A DNA stretch of 64,000 bases, taken from the NCBI GenBank assembly GCA_003252105.1, contig QKDL01000085.1, positions 1,106-65,105 of the forward strand, given 5' to 3'. Position numbers and translations under genes: made by a program. Shown in pieces: positions 1 through 9,244 of this stretch. This DNA comes from Arcobacter sp. Lineage in GTDB: Bacteria; Campylobacterota; Campylobacteria; Campylobacterales; Arcobacteraceae. Positions within the stretch are counted from its first letter, which is position 1, and each line of letters starts with the position of its first letter. The notes below the pieces were generated by a model. It saw only the letters and a list, made by a program, of their open reading frames with translations. It did not search any database and was not told where the DNA came from.

Positions 1-587
1 AGATTAAAAGTTTAGATGATTTAAAAGGTCTAAAGATGAGAATCCCAGGATTTGCAGGTGAAATTATGGCAAAATTAGGTGTTCAAGTTACAAATATTGC
101 TCCTGGTGAACTTTATACTGCACTAGATAGAAATAGTATCGATGCTTTAGAATGGGTTGGACCATCTATGGATATCAAAATGGGATTTCATAAGATTGCT
201 CCATATTACTATACAGGTTGGCATGAACCAGCTTCGGAGATGCAATTTTTAGTAAATAAAAGAACTTTTGATAAATTACCAAAAGATTTACAAAAAATCT
301 TAATCACTGCTATGAGATTAAGTGCATATGATATGTATGTACAAAACTATGATATGAATGCAACAGCATGGCAAGAGATGAAAAAAGAGTATCCAAATAT
401 TCAAGTTAAAACTTTCTCAAAAGAGATTATGGATGCGATGAAAAAAGCTAATCAAGAGTTAAGAGATGAAATGTCAAAAAAATCTCCTGAATTAAAAGAG
501 GTTTTAGACCATCAAGATGCTTATATGAAAAAAATAAGAGAGTGGTCTAAAATGTCAGATTATTTATATTTAAAAGATAATATCTAA
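1..587 (+). CDS. TRAP transporter substrate-binding protein (DctP family), 5'-truncated by window edge
   Basis: GLKMRIPG...GELYTALDRNSIDALEWVGP...YYYTGWHEP; frame is open from the window start. Confidence 0.85.
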   Translation, partial: IKSLDDLKGLKMRIPGFAGEIMAKLGVQVTNIAPGELYTALDRNSIDALEWVGPSMDIKMGFHKIAPYYYTGWHEPASEMQFLVNKRTFDKLPKDLQKILITAMRLSAYDMYVQNYDMNATAWQEMKKEYPNIQVKTFSKEIMDAMKKANQELRDEMSKKSPELKEVLDHQDAYMKKIREWSKMSDYLYLKDNI

Positions 588-599
588 CACTCTTTCTAA

Positions 600-1328
600 T
601 TAAAACCCATTTGGATTAAAACCTCCAAGTGGGTCAAACCCTGTATCAAACCCTCCAGAAAAGTTTTGTAAAGATTTATCTTCAAAACCTTCTTGAACAG
701 ATTTCATTCTAAGATTCATTATATCTGTTTTTGGATCTATAAATTGAGGACAAACTACAGTACAATTTCCACATAAAGTACAATCCCATACTCCATTGTT
801 TTGAACAGATGATAATACTTCACTTATATTTGATTCCTTTTTATCATTCACATATCTTAAAGCTCTTGTAAGAGCATATGGTCCTAGAAATTGCTCATTT
901 ACTTCATAAACAGGACAAGAACTAAAACAACTCTGACAAAGGATACAATTACTTTGTATATCTATTAGTTTTTCATCTTTTGTTTCAATTTTTTCACTAC
1001 TTTTTTCATGTAGGTATGTTTTTGTATTTTTTAATAATTTCGATTCATGTGATAAATCAACAACTAAATCCCTAATAACTTTTGTATTTTTAATAGGTTC
1101 AATCAAATCATTATCATTTAGATGAGTTTTACAGGCTAATCTTTCTACTCCATTTACTCTAATGGCACAACTTCCACAAACTCCTGTTTTACAACCACAT
1201 CTAAAATTTAAGGTGTTATCTATTTTTGTTTTTACTTCAATCAAAGAGTTTAAAATAGTTTCATCATGACTAACTTCAAAGGTTTGAATTGATTCAGTTA
1301 AATTGTATCTTTTTATATTGATTTTCAT
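600..1328 (-). CDS. sdhB: Succinate dehydrogenase/fumarate reductase Fe-S subunit
   Basis: CGCKTGVCGSC..C (2Fe-2S), CILCQSCFSSCP, CTLCGNCTVVCP. Confidence 0.85.
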   Translation of the reverse strand: MKINIKRYNLTESIQTFEVSHDETILNSLIEVKTKIDNTLNFRCGCKTGVCGSCAIRVNGVERLACKTHLNDNDLIEPIKNTKVIRDLVVDLSHESKLLKNTKTYLHEKSSEKIETKDEKLIDIQSNCILCQSCFSSCPVYEVNEQFLGPYALTRALRYVNDKKESNISEVLSSVQNNGVWDCTLCGNCTVVCPQFIDPKTDIMNLRMKSVQEGFEDKSLQNFSGGFDTGFDPLGGFNPNGF

Positions 1329-2926
1329 TTTATCTCCTCAAAAAAGAAGTTTTGTACGCCATTTTTAAATAATATAATACTGTTTTTATCAAAACTTTGA
1401 TTTTCATCTTTAAAATCAACTCTATAGTGAGCTCCTCTGCTCTCTTTTCTATTTAAAGCTGAGTTTACAATCATTTGAGAAACAATTAACATATTTTCTA
1501 ACTCTAGATAATCAGTCAAGTTTTTATTATAGATTTTATTTTTATCTTTTATACCAATATTTTTTATACTATTTTGAAATTCTTCTATTTTTGCTAATGC
1601 AGTTTTCAACTTTTTCTCTTCTCTAAATAAACCTACATTTTCAAACATCAATCTTCCAAGTTCTTTTTTTATACTATAAAAATCTATATAGTTATTGCTT
1701 TCAAATAGATTTTCTATTTTCTCTTTTACTACTTTTAATTTATCATTGGAAATCCCTACAAAATCTTCTTTTGTATTTTTTGAGGCTTCTTCTCCTGCAA
1801 CTTTTCCAAACATAACAATCTCTAATAAAGAGTTTCCTCCTAATCTATTTGCTCCATGAACACCACTTTGTGAGCACTCTCCACAAGCATATAAATTTTT
1901 TATTGAAGTTTTTGTATTAAGTTGCGTTAAAATACCACCCATACTATAATGTGATGATGGATTTATCGGTATTAAATCACTCTCCATATTTAGTTTCATA
2001 AACTCTTGAACCAGTCTTCTTTCTTGAGGCATTGTTTCATTAATTTTTTCTAAACCTAAATGTCGTAAATCCAAATAAACTTTTTTACCTTCTAAATTTT
2101 TTGTAAAAATAGCTCTTGCTACTTCATCTCTTGGTTTTAGCTCATCAACAAATCTATTTTCATCTTCATCTACTAAATATCCACCCTCACCTCTAGCACT
2201 CTCACTTATAAGAATATTTTTATTTTCAAGTGCTGTTGGATGAAACTGTACAAACTCCATATTAGATATTTTAGATCCTGCTTTATATGCAATAGCTATA
2301 CAATCCCCTGTAGTAGCATAGGAATTAGTTGTGAACCCAGTATAAACTCCAGCATATCCACCTCCAGCTAAGATTACTGCTTTTGATTCAATTTGTTTGA
2401 TATCTCCTGTTAAAAGGTTATAAATGATAACACCTTTAACAATATTTTTTTCTACAACCAAATCTAATAACATTGATTCATCTTGAAAAGAAATATTCTC
2501 TTTTAAACATTGGTCGTATAAAGTATGTAAAATTTTTAGCCCTGTATAATCAGAACTATAACAAGTTCTTTTAGCTTTAGTTCCACCAAATTTTCTTTGA
2601 GAGATATTACCATCTTCATCTCGACTAAATGCTACAGCAATAGAATCCAACCAATTTATAGTATCAGCAGAGTTCGAACAAAAAAACTCAATATGCTCTT
2701 TTTTACCAAGTTTATGAGAAGCTTTATAGGTATCATTAAAATAGTTTTCTATACTATCATCTTTTGTGCTACTTAGTACAGCATTTATACCACCTTGTGC
2801 TTGACAAGTTTGTGAATGTGTTGGATAAGTTTTAGAAATAACTAAAACATTTTTACCCTTTTTTTTTGCACTTAATGCTGCACTTAAACCTGCACCACCT
2901 GAACCTATAACAATTATATCTATCAT
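1325..2926 (-). CDS. sdhA: Succinate dehydrogenase/fumarate reductase flavoprotein subunit
   Basis: GSGGAG FAD motif, AQGG, EFVQFHPT, SESARGEG, RDEVAR, HYSMGG, HGANRLGGNSL, ESRGAH. Confidence 0.85.
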   Translation of the reverse strand: MIDIIVIGSGGAGLSAALSAKKKGKNVLVISKTYPTHSQTCQAQGGINAVLSSTKDDSIENYFNDTYKASHKLGKKEHIEFFCSNSADTINWLDSIAVAFSRDEDGNISQRKFGGTKAKRTCYSSDYTGLKILHTLYDQCLKENISFQDESMLLDLVVEKNIVKGVIIYNLLTGDIKQIESKAVILAGGGYAGVYTGFTTNSYATTGDCIAIAYKAGSKISNMEFVQFHPTALENKNILISESARGEGGYLVDEDENRFVDELKPRDEVARAIFTKNLEGKKVYLDLRHLGLEKINETMPQERRLVQEFMKLNMESDLIPINPSSHYSMGGILTQLNTKTSIKNLYACGECSQSGVHGANRLGGNSLLEIVMFGKVAGEEASKNTKEDFVGISNDKLKVVKEKIENLFESNNYIDFYSIKKELGRLMFENVGLFREEKKLKTALAKIEEFQNSIKNIGIKDKNKIYNKNLTDYLELENMLIVSQMIVNSALNRKESRGAHYRVDFKDENQSFDKNSIILFKNGVQNFFFEEIK

Positions 2927-2930
2927 TTTT

Positions 2931-3353
2931 TTATTCCCAAAACTCTTTTAATGGTTTTTCATCTTTTACTTCTGTATTTTCAAGTGCTGATAAATCTAAA
3001 TTATCAATCTCTTGTAAAGCACTTTCTAAATCTTCATCAGTCAACTCTTCTATTTGAGTAATTGATTCTCTTTTATTTTGTATGTTTTTATCTAATTCTA
3101 CAAGATTTGTATCATTTTTTATTGAACTTTTTTTATTATCTTTTTTATCTAAAGACTCTTTTAAATAGATATACTCTGTCATAAGTTTCTCGTATGTTTC
3201 AAAATCAAGTAGCATAAAACCCGGCTTTCCATCTCTTAATATTATTGCCTTTTCTATTTTCTTTTTTTGAAGTTTTTCAAAAATCATTTTGCTTTTTCTG
3301 ATCAAATCAGTTGATGAATACATCTCTTCTGAAGTGTACTGTAGTAGATTCAT
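2931..3353 (-). CDS. Hypothetical protein with Phd/YefM-like N-terminus
   Basis: SSTDLIRK...AIILRDGKPGFMLLDFETYEKL resembles a Phd/YefM DNA-binding domain; acidic tail. Confidence 0.5.
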   Translation of the reverse strand: MNLLQYTSEEMYSSTDLIRKSKMIFEKLQKKKIEKAIILRDGKPGFMLLDFETYEKLMTEYIYLKESLDKKDNKKSSIKNDTNLVELDKNIQNKRESITQIEELTDEDLESALQEIDNLDLSALENTEVKDEKPLKEFWE

Positions 3354-3382
3354 TTTTATTCCTATACAAATTTTAATACATA

Positions 3383-4309
3383 TTAAGATATGTATTGTAA
3401 TATGTTTTTATATACACCATCTAAAAGTCTATTTCTTGCTTCTATTGATGCCCAACCTATATGTGGTACAATTATAAGTCTATCTTTATTTATAATTTTA
3501 AGTAGAGGATTTTCTATTTTTATTGGTTCCTCACTTAAAACATCTAGCCCACAATAAAGCTCTTTAGAGTCAATTATAGTTGCTAAATCTTTTTCATTTA
3601 TAATTCCACCACGTCCAGTATTAACTAAAATAGCTCCATCTTTAATTTGATTTAAATTTGTAAAATTTAACAAATTTAAAGTATTCTCATTTAATGGTGC
3701 ATGTACTGATATTATATCAGAATTTTTTAATAATTCATCAAGTGATACTTGTTTAAACTCATCATTGTAATTTGTACCACTTGTTGAATAATAGTTTACA
3801 TTACATCCAAAGCTTTTAGCAATATTTGCAACTTTTGTTCCAATTGAACCTAAACCAATTATTCCCCAGTTTTTGTTCTCTAATTCGAAAAATGGTTTGT
3901 CTAAATTTGTGAATATAGGAGATTGACTCCATTGACCACTTGATACAATATTTTTATAATAATCAATTCTATGTATTAAGTCTAATACCAGTGTAAATGT
4001 TACTTGGGCTACACTTGATGTTGAATACCCTGCAACATTTTTTACTTCTATTGCTCTATTCTTTGCTTCTTGTATATCAATATTATTTGTTCCTGTTGCT
4101 GCAACACATATTAGCTTTATATTAGAATTCTCCATAATATATTTATCTATTACTACTTTGTTTGTTACAACTATATCTGCATCTTTTACTCTATTTAGAG
4201 TTTCTGTAGGAGTTGTAGTTTCATAAACTATTAATTGACCAATCTCTTTAAATCTCTCTAAAGAGATATCTTTACCTAATGTATCTCTATCTAAAAATAC
4301 GATTTTCAT
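3383..4309 (-). CDS. D-2-hydroxyacid dehydrogenase (glycerate dehydrogenase-like)
   Basis: GIIGLGSIG, HAPL, VNTGRGG, LDVLSEEP, PHIGW. Confidence 0.9.
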   Translation of the reverse strand: MKIVFLDRDTLGKDISLERFKEIGQLIVYETTTPTETLNRVKDADIVVTNKVVIDKYIMENSNIKLICVAATGTNNIDIQEAKNRAIEVKNVAGYSTSSVAQVTFTLVLDLIHRIDYYKNIVSSGQWSQSPIFTNLDKPFFELENKNWGIIGLGSIGTKVANIAKSFGCNVNYYSTSGTNYNDEFKQVSLDELLKNSDIISVHAPLNENTLNLLNFTNLNQIKDGAILVNTGRGGIINEKDLATIIDSKELYCGLDVLSEEPIKIENPLLKIINKDRLIIVPHIGWASIEARNRLLDGVYKNILQYIS

Positions 4310-4383
4310 TGTGTATACCTTTACATATTTATATATGTAAAGGTATCAAAATTTTATTAAATTGAAGTTTATTTTAATATTTA

Positions 4384-5793
4384 CTATTTTTTTGAGAATA
4401 TTTGTTCAGCCCATTCAGTAATTGGACCTCTTAAAACCTTTTGAAGTTTTATAGCAAATACTTTTACAAGTTCATTACTTGTTTTAGTAGATTTTAATAG
4501 TGTTGTTAAAGAGTTTGTATATTTATTTACGTAAAAATTGTCAATTTGTTTATTACTTCCTAATATAACAACTTTACATGTATTATCTATTCTTGATAAT
4601 ACCATTTGCATAGTTTTATTTGACATATTTTGTGCTTCATCAATAATAACAAAAGCATTTGATAATGTTCTTCCTCTCATCTCTCCTACCCACATAGTTT
4701 CTATTGAATAATTTTGAATAAGTTGTTCAACTCTTAAACTAACCTCTTTATCATCAAGTTCAGTAAAGTTTTCTGCACTTTTTTTGTTTGAATGTTTCTT
4801 TTTATATTCACTTCTAATGATATAATCCAAACTATCCATTAGTGGATGATTATATATTCTGAACTTTTCTTCAAGTCCAGGAAGATATCCCACATCTTCA
4901 CCTTTATCAAGTGATTCTATTGAGTTTCTAATATATATAATTCTTTGAAAATATTTTTGTCTTACAAGCTTTAGTGCCCCACTTAATGCCAATAGTGTTT
5001 TACCACTCCCTGCTTTTGCTTCAACTATTAAAACATTATAATAATGTGCTAAAATTCCATGGGAAAAAAACAGTTGTTCTTTATTTAAAGGGATAATTAC
5101 TTGATCTCTTAAATTCCCTTCATCAATTAAACATACTCTTTTATTCTGAACAGTTGCTAATATAACCTGGTCAGAGCTTTTCACTTTAAAACAATAACAA
5201 AAATTATATGGTTGATAATCTTCATCAAAGTCAGTAATCAAAGCATTGTCTAAATACTCTGTATCTTCAAACTTTACTTCAACGGTTTTAATAAACTCAT
5301 AATTAAATTCATCTTTATTTGAACCATTTAAAGAATCAGTTTTTATATCTAAAGATACTGCCCTTGTTCTTGCCATGATATCTAAAGATAAAAATGTAGT
5401 TTCTGTTTTATAATAACTATTTGCAAAACTTGAAATCTCTAATATTTTTCTATCATTGATTATATTTAAAGGTACATTTTTTATATTTGTATCATAATTA
5501 TCTTTTGATATTATATCAACAATTGCACTTTTTTTATCAAATACTTCTAATCTTATAATCTTACAATTTTCATCTTTTTTTGAGCTAATAATCTCTGAGT
5601 TTTCAAGTATTCTTGCAAACTCTCTAGCTTGAAAATTTATCTCATCAAAACCACTTTTTTTAGTATCAATCTCATCTAAAACAGTTTCTGGAAGTACAAT
5701 TAAGTTTTTTGATTCATCACTTAGTTTAAATATATTTGTTGCATCTTCTAATAGTATATTTGTATCTAATACATATATCTTCTCAAAACTCAT
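4384..5793 (-). CDS. PIN-PhoH family ATPase
   Basis: N-terminal VLDTNILL PIN domain, AKAGSGKT Walker A, MRGRTL, IIDEAQN. Confidence 0.88.
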   Translation of the reverse strand: MSFEKIYVLDTNILLEDATNIFKLSDESKNLIVLPETVLDEIDTKKSGFDEINFQAREFARILENSEIISSKKDENCKIIRLEVFDKKSAIVDIISKDNYDTNIKNVPLNIINDRKILEISSFANSYYKTETTFLSLDIMARTRAVSLDIKTDSLNGSNKDEFNYEFIKTVEVKFEDTEYLDNALITDFDEDYQPYNFCYCFKVKSSDQVILATVQNKRVCLIDEGNLRDQVIIPLNKEQLFFSHGILAHYYNVLIVEAKAGSGKTLLALSGALKLVRQKYFQRIIYIRNSIESLDKGEDVGYLPGLEEKFRIYNHPLMDSLDYIIRSEYKKKHSNKKSAENFTELDDKEVSLRVEQLIQNYSIETMWVGEMRGRTLSNAFVIIDEAQNMSNKTMQMVLSRIDNTCKVVILGSNKQIDNFYVNKYTNSLTTLLKSTKTSNELVKVFAIKLQKVLRGPITEWAEQIFSKK

Positions 5794-6311
5794 TTAGCCA
5801 CCTCTTCTTTAGGTTTTTTAGTTAATACTTTATATACAATAAATCCTCCAACTACTAAAGTAATTACTGTAAATAGTATAGAAAAAGTTTTTGTGATAAC
5901 ATATCCTACAATTAATAAAGATAAAATAGTAGGTACTTCATTGTAAGCTCTAAAAAAACTTCCTTTTTTCGAGAAGTTTCCTTTTTTTAATTCTTTTCTA
6001 AAATACTCTAAAGATAAACTATAAACAACTAAAATAATGACAAAAAGTAGCTTTGCATGGAGCCATGCACCTTTTAATAACTCAGGTTGTAAAATAATCA
6101 TTGCAATTCCACTTAAAATAGTTGCAATCATTGCAGGAAAACCTATAACTTTATAAATCTTCTCTTCTTGTATTTGAATAACTTCTATAAACTCTTTTTT
6201 ATCTTTATGTTCAGTATGATATACAAATAGTCTTGGCTGATAAAAAAGCATTGCCATCCATGATAAAACTGCCATTATGTGAAATACCAATATCCATAAA
6301 TAATACTCCAT
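5790..6311 (-). CDS. hemJ: Protoporphyrinogen oxidase HemJ
   Basis: HIMAVLSWMAMLFYQPRLFVYH, WLHAKL, FRAYNEVP. Confidence 0.9.
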   Translation of the reverse strand: MEYYLWILVFHIMAVLSWMAMLFYQPRLFVYHTEHKDKKEFIEVIQIQEEKIYKVIGFPAMIATILSGIAMIILQPELLKGAWLHAKLLFVIILVVYSLSLEYFRKELKKGNFSKKGSFFRAYNEVPTILSLLIVGYVITKTFSILFTVITLVVGGFIVYKVLTKKPKEEVAK

Positions 6312-7495
6312 TAGTCCCCTTTTATCTTTTTAATCCATTCATTTAAAGTTTTTTCATATGCAATATTTTTGGAATTATAAAAACTTAAATTCTCTTCTAA
6401 ATATTGCTGTTGTACCCAGCCACCATAGTCATGTGGATATTTATACCCTATATGTAAACTGTCTAGATGTTTTGGTATATTTAAGATTTTACCATTTTTA
6501 ACTTCATTTAGCGCTTTATTGATAGCTTCATACGCACTATTTGATTTGGGACAAGAAGCAAGATAAATTACACATTGTCCCAATAGAATTCTACTTTCTG
6601 GATATCCTATTTTTGAAGTGGCTAGCATAGTGCTAACTGCTAAGTTAATTGCATTTGGGTTTGCATTTCCAATATCTTCACTAGCAAAGATAACCAATCT
6701 TCTAGTTATAAATTCTACTGTTTCACCACCTTCAATCAATCTAGCTAAATAATAAAGTGCAGCATCTATATCTGAACCCCTAAGAGATTTTATCATCGCA
6801 CTTGCTAAATCATAATGGCTATCTTTTGAACTAACTCCATCTGCAATAGCATTTGTTCTTAAACCTTTTAGAGTTTCAAAAGTTACAATATTATCTATTT
6901 TGATTGCAAAATTCAAAAGGTTCAACATAGCTCTTGCATCTCCACCACTAGAAGTTATTAGATACTCTTTTGCTTCCTCTTCAATCTCTAGTTTCTCCTC
7001 AACTATTGCCCTATTTAAAATCTTTTCCATATCCTGTTTTGTAAAGGCTAAAAACTCATATAAAAATGATCTAGACCTAATTGCATTAGTGAGTGTAAAA
7101 AATGGATTCTCAGTGCTTGCACCTATGATTATAGCATCATAATTTTCCATAATTGGCAATAACACTTCTTGTTGGTTTTTTGATAACCTATGTACTTCAT
7201 CAATGAAAAGTATTGGTTTAATTAAAGAGTCTTTATATCTAGTAAATACTTTTCTTAACTCTTCAACTTTTATTGATGTAGCATTAAAATAAAAGTAATC
7301 ACTTCCTATTGATTTTGCAATGATTTTTGCTAAAGATGTTTTGCCAGTTCCTGGTTTACCATAAAAAAAAAGATGAGGAATCTCTTTTTTTATAATAAGT
7401 TTATAAAGTGGTTTATTTTTACCTATAATATGAGATTGTCCCACAAACTCTTCTAAAGTTTGTGGTCTTAGATAATTTGATAAATCATTCATCAT
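6311..7495 (-). CDS. rarA: Replication-associated recombination protein A (RarA/MgsA)
   Basis: LRPQTLEEFVGQ, GKPGTGKT, FIDEVHR, MIKSLRGSD, ASEDIGNA. Confidence 0.92.
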   Translation of the reverse strand: MMNDLSNYLRPQTLEEFVGQSHIIGKNKPLYKLIIKKEIPHLFFYGKPGTGKTSLAKIIAKSIGSDYFYFNATSIKVEELRKVFTRYKDSLIKPILFIDEVHRLSKNQQEVLLPIMENYDAIIIGASTENPFFTLTNAIRSRSFLYEFLAFTKQDMEKILNRAIVEEKLEIEEEAKEYLITSSGGDARAMLNLLNFAIKIDNIVTFETLKGLRTNAIADGVSSKDSHYDLASAMIKSLRGSDIDAALYYLARLIEGGETVEFITRRLVIFASEDIGNANPNAINLAVSTMLATSKIGYPESRILLGQCVIYLASCPKSNSAYEAINKALNEVKNGKILNIPKHLDSLHIGYKYPHDYGGWVQQQYLEENLSFYNSKNIAYEKTLNEWIKKIKGD

Positions 7496-8273
7496 TATTT
7501 ATAAAATATCTTAAATCTCTATATTCTTCTCTTGTAAGATATCTACTTTTACCCGTAGGTAAATTGTTTAATGAGATACCTCCAAACTCCAATCTTTTTA
7601 AGTCTAAAACATTTAATCCAAAATGGCCAAAAAATCTTCTAAGTTCTCTATTACGACCTTCATTAATCGCAACTTTTAATTTTGAATAATTTCCTGCACT
7701 TGATATTATTTTATATCCGATAAAAGGTTTAAAAGACATTGATTTAATTTTTGTTTTTTCATGAGCACCATTAGTTGCATCTTCTAGTTCAATACCATTT
7801 AGCATTGCCTCTTCAACTTTTGGATTAATCTCTCCATCAACTTTTATTTTGTAGATTCTTTCTAAATCAGAATTCATAAGTTTATTTGCAACATCTACAC
7901 TATCTGTTAATAAGATCAATCCTTCACTTGCATAATCTAGTCTTCCAATTGGCATAAAGTGTTTATATTTTTTATCTAAAGAATCAAAAATAATTCTTCT
8001 ACCTTGAGGGTCTTTTTTACTTACAATTTCCCCTTTAGGTTTATTGTACACTATTACTGTGTACATTCTATTTTTCTCTTCTTTTATTAATTTCTTTCCA
8101 ATCTTAACAATATCATTATCAACAGATACTTTTGTAGCAAGATTAGTAACTACTTTACCATTAATAGTTACTTTCCCCTCTTCTATAACTTTATCTGCTT
8201 CTCTTCGTGAGAAATTACTATTGTGAGATATAAACTTGTTTAATCTTACAAGTTCTTCATTATTTTCTTTCAT
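7485..8273 (-). CDS. rluB: rRNA pseudouridine synthase (RluB/RsuA family)
   Basis: S4 domain, GRLDYASEGL, EGRNRELRR. Confidence 0.85.
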   Translation of the reverse strand: MKENNEELVRLNKFISHNSNFSRREADKVIEEGKVTINGKVVTNLATKVSVDNDIVKIGKKLIKEEKNRMYTVIVYNKPKGEIVSKKDPQGRRIIFDSLDKKYKHFMPIGRLDYASEGLILLTDSVDVANKLMNSDLERIYKIKVDGEINPKVEEAMLNGIELEDATNGAHEKTKIKSMSFKPFIGYKIISSAGNYSKLKVAINEGRNRELRRFFGHFGLNVLDLKRLEFGGISLNNLPTGKSRYLTREEYRDLRYFINNDE

Positions 8274-9235
8274 TTTATACCAGCTTCAATTAAATCGTGT
8301 ATATGTAAAACTCCAACTAGTTTGTCTTCATTATCTGTTACAATCAAAAGTTGGATTTTGTAATCCTCTATTATCTTTAGAGCATCACTTGCCAGAAGAT
8401 TTTTATCATTTATTCTTTTAGGATTTTTTGTTGAAATATCTTCAACATTACACTCCAATGAAAAGCCTGGATTCATTAAAGCTCTTCTCAAATCTCCATC
8501 ACTTAATACTGAAGATATTTTACCATCATTATCCAAAATTATAACATTTCCAAGCCTACCTTCACTCATAGTTACAATAGCATCTTTTAAAATTGTTTCA
8601 CGTGAAACGATAGGTAAATTTTCTTTTCTAAGTAAGTCATCAACTTTTACAAATAGTTTCTTACCTAAACTTCCACCAGGGTGAAACGAAGCAAAATCCT
8701 CTTTTTTGAAGTCTCTTTTTTTCATCAAACAAACAGCAAGAGCATCACCCATAGCCATAGTAAGAGTAGTAGATGAAGTTGGGGCAGTATCAAGAGGACA
8801 AGCTTCTTTCGTAACAGAAATATCAAAGAAAATATTTGAATATCTACCAAGAGTAGACTCTTTTTTTCTTGCCATAGAAATCATTGGAATATTAAATCTT
8901 TTTAGGTGAGGAAGTAATTGTATCAACTCCTCACTCTCTCCACTATATGATATAGCTAATACTATATCATCTTTACCTATCATCCCTAAATCACCATGCA
9001 TAGCTTCTGTAGGATGAATAAAAAAAGATGATGTTCCAGTACTAGCTAATGTAGCAGCAATTTTAGCTCCTACAAGACCAGATTTACCAACACCAGTCAC
9101 AATAAGTTTTCCTTTTGAACTAACAATCAAATCAACAGCAGATTCAAAATCGTATGAAGAGATAGATTCAGCTGCTGTATTCAACTCTTTTGCTTCTGTA
9201 AGTAATACTTCTTTGGCAATACTGTTATAATCCAT
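8270..9235 (-). CDS. kdsD: Arabinose-5-phosphate isomerase (KpsF/GutQ, SIS+CBS)
   Basis: GVGKSG, HPTEAMHGDLG, APTSSTT, FHPGGSLG, CBS pair. Confidence 0.9.
   Translation of the reverse strand: MDYNSIAKEVLLTEAKELNTAAESISSYDFESAVDLIVSSKGKLIVTGVGKSGLVGAKIAATLASTGTSSFFIHPTEAMHGDLGMIGKDDIVLAISYSGESEELIQLLPHLKRFNIPMISMARKKESTLGRYSNIFFDISVTKEACPLDTAPTSSTTLTMAMGDALAVCLMKKRDFKKEDFASFHPGGSLGKKLFVKVDDLLRKENLPIVSRETILKDAIVTMSEGRLGNVIILDNDGKISSVLSDGDLRRALMNPGFSLECNVEDISTKNPKRINDKNLLASDALKIIEDYKIQLLIVTDNEDKLVGVLHIHDLIEAGIK
8594..8609. other. parS-type palindrome TGTTTCACGTGAAACG inside kdsD
   Basis: 15/16 match to the bacterial parS consensus TGTTTCACGTGAAACA. Confidence 0.75.
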
Positions 9236-9244
9236 ATTTAACCT

